From positions 736,001 to 800,000 of the forward strand of contig OY969706.1 in the NCBI GenBank assembly GCA_963702095.1: DNA of 64,000 bases, read 5' to 3'. The position numbers and the translations under genes are program-made. Within the stretch, counting starts at the first letter, position 1, and every line of letters begins with the position of its first letter. This DNA is from Candidatus Bathyarchaeota archaeon (GTDB lineage Archaea > Thermoproteota > Bathyarchaeia > Bathyarchaeales > Bathycorpusculaceae). The notes under the pieces were generated by a model. It was not told the origin of the DNA. It saw only the letters and a list, made by a program, of their open reading frames with translations, and did not search any database. This document shows, piece by piece, positions 17,846 through 27,347 of this stretch.

Positions 17846-19520
17846 CTTTTGAAGCCTCCGAAAGTATGCGGGAGGGATTCTCCGTATATGAACGAATTAT
17901 AGAGGAAACGTCTCTGTAGTTCCGAATATTTTTCCTAGCCAACCAATTGAGAACCTTTGTTCGGTTCTTTAACTCTTCCTCTGCCTGCTCGAGGCTTAGG
18001 CCTGTTTTTTCAGCGATTCTCTCCAAGATGTAGCTTCTACCTGTATAGTCAAAGGTGCCTTCAAGTGCGTTCCAACGGTAGACTTCGTTAGTCAAGATTT
18101 CACCCGAGCGTGGATCCAAACCGACAATTTCTGAGGCTGCTACTGTCTTTCTGGCGGGTTTGCCCTTAATTTCAACACGTTTCTGTACAAGAATAATGTC
18201 TATTCCAGCGATTAGTGTCCTTGGGATATTCATCGGAGCTGATTCCAAGCGGTAAACTGCAGATTCAACTGACTCAGCATGCAATGTTGACATGCCAAGA
18301 TGGCCTGTGCTGACAGCCTGGAACAACGTGTAAGCTTCGGTGCCCCTGATTTCACCTACGATAATGTAATCAGGTCTTTGTCTCAATGATGCCTTGAGCA
18401 AATCGAACAAAGTAACATCAGCTGAGTCTGTGGCAATGCCAAAGTGAGTTCTGGTCGTGGCTGGAATCCAGTTCTCATGCGGCAGATTAATTTCAGGCGT
18501 ATCCTCGATTGAAACAACTTTCAAATCTGGTTTGATAAACATGCTTAGGCAGTTTAAGAGAGTGGTTTTTCCTGCTGCAATGCCGCCTGCTACGAGAATT
18601 GACACCCGGTTTTCTACAGCATACCATAAGAAAGCTGCCATATCGGCAGATATACTGCCAAAAGTAAGGAGGTCAGTGACTGTAAAGGGGTCAAGTTTGA
18701 ATTTTCTTATTGTGAAGGTTGAACCTTTTCGAGTGACTTCAGTGCCAAAAGTAAGGTTAATTCTGCTACCATCCGGCAGACTTGCATCGAGCAGTGGCTG
18801 AGCTATGGACACGTGAGCTCCACACATGTAGGCAAGCCTAAGCGCAAACGAGTCAAGTTCTTCAGCAGTCTCGAATTTAACGTTGGTTGGGATGGACTCG
18901 AATTTGCGGTGCCAAATAAACAGTGGAACATTAACGCCATCGCAGGAAAGGTCCTCGATTAATTGGTCATGCATTAGAGCATCGATTTTTCCAAAACCCA
19001 AGTTGTCTCTGACAACACAATATATAAGCTTACTTTGGGTCTCTCCGTCGATTTTAAACTCGTAATCATTAAAAATCTCTCGACTCTTTGCAATCAGGTA
19101 TTTTGTCGCTGTTTCCTTTGATTGCAGGTCAGCTGGCTTCATGGTGATTACTTGGTTGAGTATTTCTTTGAGTCGCTTAAGATGAATCTCATCTGACTTG
19201 GTTAATTTGGGCTCTTGGATGTTATATTGGATGGTTCCTCTTTCGAGGTCTTTTACTATGTTTGCATATGCGAAGGTTTCGATAAGCGGATAAGTTTCCA
19301 AAGTTTCCATATTAGAGGGTTCGGTAACTTGAGTTTCCTCTGGTTCAGGGGTGACCAAAGGAACTGCTTCCTTGGATTTTCTTCGAAAGGAAAACTTTGG
19401 CGTTTTTTTCTTTTCTTTTTCAGAAACCACTATTTCAGGTTCGGCCATTTCTTGCTCCAAAGCCTCTGCTGGTTTTTTCCGAGAAAATACTTTTTTGAAT
19501 TCCACCTTACGGGATGTCAA
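17838..19520 (-). CDS. Type IV pilus assembly ATPase (PilB/FlaI/TadA family)
   Basis: GGIAAGKTT Walker A, SIEDTPE, LRQRPDYIIVGEIRG, TGH.GMSTLHA, LPDGSRIN, FTIRKF. Confidence 0.95.
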   Translation of the reverse strand: MTSRKVEFKKVFSRKKPAEALEQEMAEPEIVVSEKEKKKTPKFSFRRKSKEAVPLVTPEPEETQVTEPSNMETLETYPLIETFAYANIVKDLERGTIQYNIQEPKLTKSDEIHLKRLKEILNQVITMKPADLQSKETATKYLIAKSREIFNDYEFKIDGETQSKLIYCVVRDNLGFGKIDALMHDQLIEDLSCDGVNVPLFIWHRKFESIPTNVKFETAEELDSFALRLAYMCGAHVSIAQPLLDASLPDGSRINLTFGTEVTRKGSTFTIRKFKLDPFTVTDLLTFGSISADMAAFLWYAVENRVSILVAGGIAAGKTTLLNCLSMFIKPDLKVVSIEDTPEINLPHENWIPATTRTHFGIATDSADVTLFDLLKASLRQRPDYIIVGEIRGTEAYTLFQAVSTGHLGMSTLHAESVESAVYRLESAPMNIPRTLIAGIDIILVQKRVEIKGKPARKTVAASEIVGLDPRSGEILTNEVYRWNALEGTFDYTGRSYILERIAEKTGLSLEQAEEELKNRTKVLNWLARKNIRNYRDVSSIIRSYTENPSRILSEASKDE

Positions 19521-19608
19521 CTCAACGTTTCCCCCTCATACATTCATGCTCTTCCTTAATAAATCATAAATAAAAAAAGGATTTACCAAAACAATTCATC
19601 TTTACTGT

Positions 19609-20085
19609 TTACTGTATTGTGAATTGCTTGGTGACTTCTGCGAAGGTTCCGCTTTGAGCAACAACTTTGATTGTGACTTGTTGTACGCCGTCACTTAGTT
19701 GTGCTGTTGAACCTGGTGTTTGGGCAGTCAAAGTTGCTGTCTCTTGCTTGAGTATATTGCCGCTATTTGGTAGGGTAGCAGTCGCTAATACACCGTTGAT
19801 GTAAATGCTGGTAATTTTTACGTCAGAGTCACCAACATTTTGGACATAAACAGTAAAATTATCTGTAGCGTCATTAGCTATGGTAGCGTTTCCATTGTAA
19901 ACTATGCTTTGCACTTGTATACCTTGACCTGTTTTTTCTGTTTGGAAGCTCATATATCCCATGACCCAAGCGTAGGTCACTAGAGATGCAACGACTGCAA
20001 TGGCGATCATAAGTAAGGTAGCGATAACTGGTGAAATTGCACCCATATTTCTACGGAACTTTCGAATGTTTTTTCCTATATTCAT
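19609..20085 (-). CDS. Archaeal type IV pilin (probable major pilin)
   Basis: MNIGKNIRKFRRNMGA|ISPVIATLLMIAIAVVASLVTYAW; VYVQNVG; start set at ATG 20085 after GGGAG. Confidence 0.9.
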   Translation of the reverse strand: MNIGKNIRKFRRNMGAISPVIATLLMIAIAVVASLVTYAWVMGYMSFQTEKTGQGIQVQSIVYNGNATIANDATDNFTVYVQNVGDSDVKITSIYINGVLATATLPNSGNILKQETATLTAQTPGSTAQLSDGVQQVTIKVVAQSGTFAEVTKQFTIQ

Positions 20086-20321
20086 TTTATTTTTTTCTCC
20101 CTTTGTTATTGTTTGCTTGTTATTCCAGTTACTATTCCCTTGCTTAATAAGTATGATGTAATATTCATCAATAATTTTTCGGAACATATCGAGAGCTAAA
20201 ATATTGCTCAGTATGCATTTTCAGTGAAGCAATCGTTCATGAACATCAGATAATTATTGGTAGGCTAGAAAAGTTATTACCGAGCGCAGTCTATTCCTTA
20301 GCAGCATAAAGGTTTGACTCA

Positions 20322-20981
20322 TTGATGATACCTATAAAGACTGGAATAGCTGGCCTTGACGAGTTTTTGATGGGCGGTTTACCCCCTAAAATCATTCTTT
20401 TGACGGGTTCACCAGGATCGGGAAACGAAATCTTCGCACGGCAAGTCCTATTCTACAGGGTAAAGTCATGTCCAGTCACCTACTTTACAGTCAACGCAAC
20501 CCCTGAAAGTGTCAGAGAAGACATGGCTGCTTACGGCTGGGACACAACACCCTATGAAGAAACCGACGCTTGGAAATTTAAAAGCCTAAAAAATGCCTCA
20601 GCCAATGAACTATTAAACACAGTACTGGACGAAATGAAACAATCAAGGACCATCGCAATCGACTCAGCATCTGAGTTGCTGCTTACTCACAAAATCAAAG
20701 AAATCGCAAACCTGCTAACAACTTTAACACATGAAAACCGAAAAAGCAAAAACTTCAATCTACTGCTGGTCACCGAAGGCATGCAGGAGCCTCAAGCCGA
20801 AATAACCATGAATCATTTTGCAGAAGGCGTCATCAACTTTGAGATTAACTGGGCTGTCGACTCAACCATGAGACATTTAGTCATAAGGAAGATGTCTGGC
20901 ACCATTATTCCAACACGTAGGCTAACTTATAATCTTGGAAGAAAAGGCTTCATCATAGAAACAGCAACCAGAATAACATAA
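20322..20981 (+). CDS. Single-domain KaiC/RAD55/FlaH-like protein, degenerate Walker A
   Basis: KTGIAGLDEFLMGGLP...LTGSPGSGNE, IAIDSAS, R.LVIRKM.G, GF.IE. Confidence 0.85.
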   Translation: MMIPIKTGIAGLDEFLMGGLPPKIILLTGSPGSGNEIFARQVLFYRVKSCPVTYFTVNATPESVREDMAAYGWDTTPYEETDAWKFKSLKNASANELLNTVLDEMKQSRTIAIDSASELLLTHKIKEIANLLTTLTHENRKSKNFNLLLVTEGMQEPQAEITMNHFAEGVINFEINWAVDSTMRHLVIRKMSGTIIPTRRLTYNLGRKGFIIETATRIT

Positions 20982-21080
20982 AACCACCGCTTCTTCAGGC
21001 AGTAATCATAGAACACTAAGACTAATTATGAATTCATAACTCTCTTATTACAAAAACCGATACATTACAAACGATGACAT

Positions 21081-21284
21081 ATGAAACCAATCCATACCAA
21101 TTGGAATCAGTTAATGCATGATTGTCTTCTTATAATCTTTATTTGCGGAACTATTGGTATAGCGATAAAATTCGTAAGCTTCTTCAACCAATGGGTCTAC
21201 TTTCCTTCATTCCCAAACGTGTTCGATGCTTATTTCTTGATTTCAGCCGTAATTTACCTGGGTTGGAAGTCAAGGAAACGTTGA
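21081..21284 (+). CDS. Small two-TM membrane protein
   Basis: 67 aa with two hydrophobic segments and a basic C-terminus. Confidence 0.5.
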   Translation: MKPIHTNWNQLMHDCLLIIFICGTIGIAIKFVSFFNQWVYFPSFPNVFDAYFLISAVIYLGWKSRKR

Positions 21285-21489
21285 TCTAAAAAATAATTGC
21301 CCTATCATGGAGAATGAACTAGAGATCTTTTTCTTCTACCCTTCATTTTACATTCATTTAAATTAGCGCCGGCCAAATAAACGAGCCTAATATATCCCAT
21401 TTTGGAAAGTGCAAGATTGATTTTTCTCCTGTTGCCTTACGGTTAAGTTTATATTTCTTACCTCACCAAGCATCTAACTGGGGGAAGAT

Positions 21490-21591
21490 ATGGAAAATAG
21501 AGAGAGGAAGGGACTACCGCATTTCTTAGATATTGCAGATTCCCTAAGTTCACAGGCGTGGCTTAAATGGGCTGAAAAACAACAAAAATAA
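21490..21591 (+). CDS. Putative 33-aa micro-protein
   Basis: MENRERKGLPHFLDIADSLSSQAWLKWAEKQQK*, preceded by GGGGAAG and a TTTATAT box at ~21448. Confidence 0.35.
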   Translation: MENRERKGLPHFLDIADSLSSQAWLKWAEKQQK

Positions 21592-21599
21592 GAAAGGCC

Positions 21600-21827
21600 G
21601 ACCGTACCCAGTAGGGTCTCCTCTTGGCAGTAACAATTTCGGTTTGCTCAAGGCAAACTAAGAAAGCATCGTTTGTCTGGACTTGCGATAGAACGGCTAG
21701 CCTATTATCAAATCTTCAGTTAAGTCATCGATGAAAAAGCCTCGCATCTTCGAAAAAGTTTTCAACTCGTCTCTCAAAGCCCTATCTATTTTAGTTTGAG
21801 CTGTTTTACAGAGTTAATCTCTTTCAT
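21600..21827 (-). pseudogene. Third, frameshifted DDL..FENRL-family paralog
   Basis: Reverse strand: MKEINSVKQLK / KIDRALRDELKTFSKMRGFFIDDLTE / FDNRLAVLSQVQ; 3' boundary approximate. Confidence 0.6.
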
Positions 21828-22041
21828 ACACACATCCCGCATGTCAGATTAGTTGTAATTTATTAATTAATTGAATTGCGCGCGCTCGGTTACTGCTTTA
21901 TGAAAAAATGTATGTTTAGAGTAAATTCATTTCCCAAAAAGTAGTATATATTATATATTTATATATAAGATACGACTTTAAATAAGAACATGTCGAGTTT
22001 GAAGACAAAAAAAGGTAAACAACTGTGGAGTTGACCTGTGT

Positions 22042-22494
22042 TTGAGCAAAAAAACTGCTATCTTGATCGTAGATGATGACAAAAACATTCGGGAAACCAT
22101 CAAAGCAATACTTGAAGACGAAAACTATAGTGTTGAAACAGCAACCAATGGAAAGGAAGCAATACAAATGTCTAACAATAAAATGTACAATGTGGCACTC
22201 TTAGACATCCGTCTACCCGATATGGAAGGCGTTGAACTCCTAAAACTAATGAAAGAATACCTTCCAAGGACTAGAAAAATAATGGTCACTGGATTTCCTA
22301 CAATTCAAAATGCAGTGACCGCAGTTAATGAAAGAGCTGATGCTTATCTGTTAAAACCCTTTGATGTCGAAAAACTCCTCGAGATCATAAAAGAACAACT
22401 ACGATTCCAAAGGGAAGAAAAAGAATTTACTGAAATAAAGGTAGCTGAATTCATTGATGCCCGAATAAAAGATTTAACGCGGCGTCAAAGTTAG
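22042..22494 (+). CDS. Stand-alone response regulator receiver protein
   Basis: ILIVDDD, LLDIRLPDMEG, MVTG, AYLLKPF. Confidence 0.95.
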   Translation: MSKKTAILIVDDDKNIRETIKAILEDENYSVETATNGKEAIQMSNNKMYNVALLDIRLPDMEGVELLKLMKEYLPRTRKIMVTGFPTIQNAVTAVNERADAYLLKPFDVEKLLEIIKEQLRFQREEKEFTEIKVAEFIDARIKDLTRRQS

Positions 22495-22723
22495 AATCAT
22501 TTTTTGCTATTCCTATTATAGCAGAACGTTTTTGGAGTTCAATGGTTAATTCATCATATAATCGAACCTGATACCTTGGAAATCCTCTTTCAAATAAAAG
22601 CCGTAAAAGATGGCTCAAAATAAATTAAGGAACCTAGTCAATCAAAATTTCTAAAAATGAATTTCGCATTCATAAGCGATATATCAATCAAAACAAAATA
22701 TTAACAATTATCGGATGAGAAAC

Positions 22724-22873
22724 ATGACTAAATGCCCGAAATGTGGAAAACAGGTGCCTGAAAAAGGTTGGACAATGCATAATGAATCTACAGAAACGGG
22801 GAAAAAAACCGATATCACCTTTGGTATGTGTGAAGACTGTGCTTTAATAGTGATCTTAAAGATGGAAAAATAG
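22724..22873 (+). CDS. Small zinc-ribbon, Cren7-like chromatin protein paralog
   Basis: Absent from the ORF track: MTKCPKCGKQVPEKGWTMHNESTETGKKTDITFGMCEDCALIVILKMEK*. Confidence 0.6.
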   Translation: MTKCPKCGKQVPEKGWTMHNESTETGKKTDITFGMCEDCALIVILKMEK

Positions 22874-22898
22874 AGCTCGTTGACAATTAATTTCGATT

Positions 22899-23492
22899 TT
22901 AATTGATGGTTATTTTGCTAAAAGGAAATTGTTTTTTGTTTTTGACATATTGAAAATTAATAGTTATAGGCTTACTAAACTTACCAAAATTCTTTGGCCA
23001 AAATCTGACCTCGGGGAAACCATAAACTAACTTATCAACATCTAAACTTACGTAAATTTGGTGCCGGTAATAATCTCTCATTTTTAGCGCTTTGCTGTAT
23101 TGAGTGGCTTTCTGTTCTAAGGTTTTTAGTTGCTGAAACACCGTTTTTCCCGCTAACTCCGCTCCAAGCTTCTCACCCCACTCCCTGTTCCATAACTTCA
23201 ACTGATGCCGAAATTTACTTTCCTGATAAGATCGAAGTTTAGCAATATCTCGCCTAACGGTGCGCTCGCTAACACCTAAGCGTTCTGCTAATTGACGCTG
23301 TGTTAGTTGCTCCTTCTCTAACAGACATAAGACACCCAGACGTTGCTTGCGCTCCTTCCAATACTGCCCCGTAGTCTTATAGTACTTCTCAACCCTCCTA
23401 TACGATGCCTTTTTACGTACCAAACCAATCACCGAACAGAGAAATATGCCACCGAAAACACAAAAATCTTTCACACGAAAAACAATATCCAA
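22899..23492 (-). CDS. HTH-domain DNA-binding protein (start may be GTG 23432)
   Basis: LTQRQLAERLGVSERTVRRDIAKL helix-turn-helix. Confidence 0.75.
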   Translation of the reverse strand: MDIVFRVKDFCVFGGIFLCSVIGLVRKKASYRRVEKYYKTTGQYWKERKQRLGVLCLLEKEQLTQRQLAERLGVSERTVRRDIAKLRSYQESKFRHQLKLWNREWGEKLGAELAGKTVFQQLKTLEQKATQYSKALKMRDYYRHQIYVSLDVDKLVYGFPEVRFWPKNFGKFSKPITINFQYVKNKKQFPFSKITIN

Positions 23493-23857
23493 GCCCTAGA
23501 ACAAAAAAATACCAAGAAAAAAAGCCAATTGCAAAACAAAAAAACAGCAAAACCCATCAAATCTGAAAAAACCGGACAAATTTCAACATTGCACTACCAA
23601 AGTTTTACATCGGTTTCTACACTTTTTGGCAAACACACAAAAAACAAATCAGCAATCTATTTCAGAAAATAACCGGGTAAGTCCATACATCAATAGTTAC
23701 AACTCAAAGCATAGACCATTCATTCGCCAAATATACTAAAAAAATATACGGGTAGACAGGTTTTTCAAAGAGAAAAGGAGCCAAATTGAAAAAGCATAAC
23801 ATTTGTTGAGAAAGGGGTATAAACCGTCTTGCCCCACTACCATAATGCGGTTTTAAC

Positions 23858-24433
23858 ATGAAACGTGACGAGCGGACTCTTGAACGCATCTACGAGAAAG
23901 ACAAAGCCACCGACGCATTCATCATCAGCATAGCCCTAGACCGCTATGTAGATGTTTTCAACGAGTTAGATTCTGCACCTTGGCGGCGAAGAGACCTCGA
24001 CCACGACCTACGCCTATTCCTCGAAGACTGCTCCTCCGACATACCCCTCAAATACGACATCATCATACAGTTCAACGTAGAACAGGAAAAACAGGACCCT
24101 ATCAAAGAGGAACGATTAAAAGTCGGGTTAAAAACTTACTTCACTTTTGTCCGAAGTGGTTTACAGAGGAAAATTCGGCGCAGCTACGAACGCAGCCTCA
24201 TCTATGGCGTCGTTGCTTTCTTTTTGATTTTTGCCTCCTACACCTTAGCCGCTCTCTCCACTACCCCGCTACTGGTTTCCCTCTTCGATGTAGTTGCCAT
24301 CGGCGGCTGGGTTTTCCTCTGGGAAGCCATTTCAACACTTGCATTTCTAGGACGTGACGCACGGGAACGGCTTAGGACTTATCAACGGTTTAGCATCTCT
24401 GAGGTCCGCTTCACCTATACACAGCCCACTTAA
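23858..24433 (+). CDS. Conserved hypothetical membrane protein
   Basis: F.E.D.AP..RRDL..DL..FL N-terminal region plus two TMs with GWVFLWE. Confidence 0.8.
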   Translation: MKRDERTLERIYEKDKATDAFIISIALDRYVDVFNELDSAPWRRRDLDHDLRLFLEDCSSDIPLKYDIIIQFNVEQEKQDPIKEERLKVGLKTYFTFVRSGLQRKIRRSYERSLIYGVVAFFLIFASYTLAALSTTPLLVSLFDVVAIGGWVFLWEAISTLAFLGRDARERLRTYQRFSISEVRFTYTQPT

Positions 24434-25494
24434 CCCTCTTTTGCTTGTCCCCAAGTTTTCCTGTGACCGTTGAAACAAGAATTCTCTCAGTAGTATGTGA
24501 CATAACAAGCATAGACACAAACTATCGAATGTACTCGAAAAGATTTGCTACTGGTTTAGTTAAGTGGCATCTCATGCTGTCGAAATTAACCCTACCCAAT
24601 CTCGGGTGTTACCCAAAGATTAGCTTAGTTTAGTGAGTGTGAATTTTAACTTCAGTTAAAAATTCGAGTAAAAAAAATGTATGTGTGTGATTGAAGCATC
24701 AAGACACCATGTACAGTCGTAAAACACCGATAAAAAAATACAAGAGTGCCCACCAAAATCCGAATATTTAGTATACGGTAAAAAAGGTTAATTCCTGATG
24801 GTCGCGATGCACACAGCAAACACTAAAAGGCTAATACTCCTCTAACTGGCAGAATATAGACTGAACCATGATGCACTCGAAAAACTACCGGTGTCGTACC
24901 AATCAACCCCTTTCTGGGAGGAAAACCACTCGCTTCGTCCATAGCGAACATTTTGCCTATGGCTCAAGAGAAGGAACTAAAAACGAAATATATGAAAAAA
25001 TCCGATAGCTACAGCTATATTTTCCATGTGCGTAAACTAATTATGTAATATAGCCGAATTAATATAAAAGTTTCTCACTATTTCATTTGAAGATGCAATA
25101 AAACTGAAAAAAGATCTAACTTTTCTGATATGCTTTAAAGCTTAGCTGGTTGAAAATCTATCGCAAAGATTTCTACAAGCTTTATGCATCCCAAATCTCT
25201 TTCCTTAATTACTTTCTTCGGATTCTTAATGTCTCCAATAGTATACCTCCTTGTTTACTCAATATCGCGCCAAAAAACCTGTTCCGCAGGACTTTTAGAC
25301 TATGAACAGCACTTATATTTATGGCGCTACCAAAAAATGCTGAAAAACCCTTGAGAACCCTCTTGCAGTAACAAAATAATATGTGTGTTATGGATAAATC
25401 GATGAAGAAATTACCTTTTTCTATTAAAGGGAAAAAGCCTTTTTAACTGCTTTTTTGTTTCAGTGACTCATCGTTTTCTGGGAATTCTCACAAA

Positions 25495-25869
25495 TTAGTT
25501 TTGGTAAGATAATTTGGTGAGAAAAAGGGGTTCGAAAAAAAGGGCTGTCAAATATACTCTGAGGCGTTTGGCGCAAAAACTTAGATTGTTGAAGCGCTGG
25601 TGGGACATCTGCTGGTCTTCTGAACTACTTGCGTAGGTGCGCCTTTCTCTTTTTCTCCAGCCAAACTCTAAAGCTTCTTTTTCGGTCATTGGCTTAATGA
25701 TCAGTTGGTTTTTCTTCTCGTCAATTTCAACGGAGCAGGGGGCGCCTATTTTAAAAGGGAATGCTGTGTCTTCGGTGACTTTAGTCGGAATGTATACCCA
25801 AATTCTTGCGTATTCTTTTCCTTTGCTTGCGGTTTTTCTGCCCATGATTGTTCCTACGCCTGAGCGCAC
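25495..25869 (-). CDS. AbrB/MazE-like DNA-binding protein
   Basis: RIWVYIPTKVTEDTAFPFKIGAPCSVEID...QLIIKP swapped-hairpin pattern. Confidence 0.7.
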   Translation of the reverse strand: MRSGVGTIMGRKTASKGKEYARIWVYIPTKVTEDTAFPFKIGAPCSVEIDEKKNQLIIKPMTEKEALEFGWRKRERRTYASSSEDQQMSHQRFNNLSFCAKRLRVYLTALFFEPLFLTKLSYQN

Positions 25870-26048
25870 AAAATCGCAAAAGTTATTTTATGGCTTGTAG
25901 GTGCTCTAACAGTTTTTATCCTTTTTCTGGGGGTTGATAGACCGTTCTAGCCGGTCTTGAGTCAATTATGGGCCGCTTGATTGAGCCTAAAGCTGTAAGT
26001 TACAGATTTGAAGTAGTAGTTGTTCTATTGTGTTGAAGATTTGCCTTT

Positions 26049-26207
26049 TTAAAATTTGATTTCGCCTTTTTCTATGAGTTCTTTCGCTTTACGTATTGAG
26101 AATTGAACTGCGTGGCTTCTGTCGGCAAAGTGGCCTTTTGTTATCTCTTCGTCCATCCATTTAATCAATTCGGGTGGAACGCTTACGGTTAATCTAACTT
26201 TTACCAT
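26049..26207 (-). CDS. Ribbon-helix-helix (CopG/Arc-MetJ) protein
   Basis: MVKVRLTVSVPPELIKWMDEEITKGHFADRSHAVQFSIRKAKELIEKGEIKF; same length as paralog 9059-9217. Confidence 0.85.
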   Translation of the reverse strand: MVKVRLTVSVPPELIKWMDEEITKGHFADRSHAVQFSIRKAKELIEKGEIKF

Positions 26208-26349
26208 TTTGTTACCTAAATGGGTATTGTTGCAGTGTTTTTTAGAGCTTGTCCACACTTGTACACGTTACTGTTGCATTCGTAAGCAAACGTTATATTT
26301 GGAAAGCGTGTTATAAGAGCTTGAATTGCGGATAAACGAGGGAAAGATT

Positions 26350-27204
26350 GTGCAAACACCTCTGACAGAACCACCATCTCAAGCGTTTAATCACTTCGGT
26401 TTGGGTGGGGTTGGTTTGGAGGGGGTGGAGGTTTTGGCGGGTTTGGGTTTAACGGGGCGGCAGGCACGCGTGTATCTGGCGCTGCTCAAAGTTGGGGTTG
26501 TTAGGGCCCGGGTGGTTGCTTCTATGGCGGGTGTTCCTCGTCAGGAGGTTTATGGTTTGCTTTTTGAGTTGCAGCAGATGGGTTTGGTTAGGCAGAATTT
26601 GACTGTACCAGTAAGTTATGTTGCTTTGCCTATTGCTGAGGCTGTAGCGCTGCTGCTTGAACAGAAAACCAATGAGTTGGTGTTGGTGACTCAGAGGGCT
26701 AAACGTTTAACAACTAGACTTAGCCAAGCACGGCTAGTCTCTCTTGTTGAGGCATCTAAGCCCTGTTTTGGAGAGGTCTGTGAAGGCGAAAGGGGCAAAC
26801 GGTATCAAACCGCCATTGAACAGGCGCAGCATTCGATCGACGCTTTACTTAGCTGGGCACGGTTTAAACAGCTATGCTTCCACTTCGAAAATCAACTGAT
26901 AGACGCACTCAAAAAAGGCGTCGAAATACGCCTAATCGCTGAGAAGCCGGCAAATCATAACTTGCCAAGGTGGGTTAATCCAACAGGAAAAAAATACGCT
27001 AATTTCCAACTAAAACTCCTCTCCACTCCACCCGAGGCAGCGGTCATGATATTTGACGGTGCCAAGCTAGCGTTGGCTTTTAACCCATACCTCAGACTTA
27101 CCAAAGGGCCTGACCTTTGGACCCGCCACCCGGCGCTGCTTGCTTCCTATCCGGCATTTTTTGAGTCGGTGTGGGCAAAAACAGAAAATCATCCATTGCC
27201 CTAA
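26350..27204 (+). CDS. TrmB-family transcriptional regulator
   Basis: GTG start (MQTPLTEPP, matching paralog MQTPLTKPP); LGLTGRQARVYLALL...RQEVY..L.EL...GLV. Confidence 0.9.
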   Translation: MQTPLTEPPSQAFNHFGLGGVGLEGVEVLAGLGLTGRQARVYLALLKVGVVRARVVASMAGVPRQEVYGLLFELQQMGLVRQNLTVPVSYVALPIAEAVALLLEQKTNELVLVTQRAKRLTTRLSQARLVSLVEASKPCFGEVCEGERGKRYQTAIEQAQHSIDALLSWARFKQLCFHFENQLIDALKKGVEIRLIAEKPANHNLPRWVNPTGKKYANFQLKLLSTPPEAAVMIFDGAKLALAFNPYLRLTKGPDLWTRHPALLASYPAFFESVWAKTENHPLP

Positions 27205-27347
27205 CGAAAACAGCTCTTCTCTGCATATCACTTCACGGCTGTGCTTTTTGCAGTTGCGGTTTGTCAGTCGACCGCTGCATTTCACCCTAATAAGTAGCAT
27301 GAACAGCGTTCCCTATTCTCTATAAAAAACAGGAGAAAAACAGAAAA

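Noticed and set aside
6096-20085. Archaellum operon
   Set aside because: Subunits have ISPVIATLLMIAI pilin-type N-termini rather than archaellin ones; no FlaF/FlaG or chemotaxis genes; two separate TadB/C-like genes
24445-25480. ~1-kb gene-poor stretch as ncRNA or replication origin
   Set aside because: No repeats, ORB boxes, cdc6 or convincing structure seen; probably decayed coding or intergenic DNA
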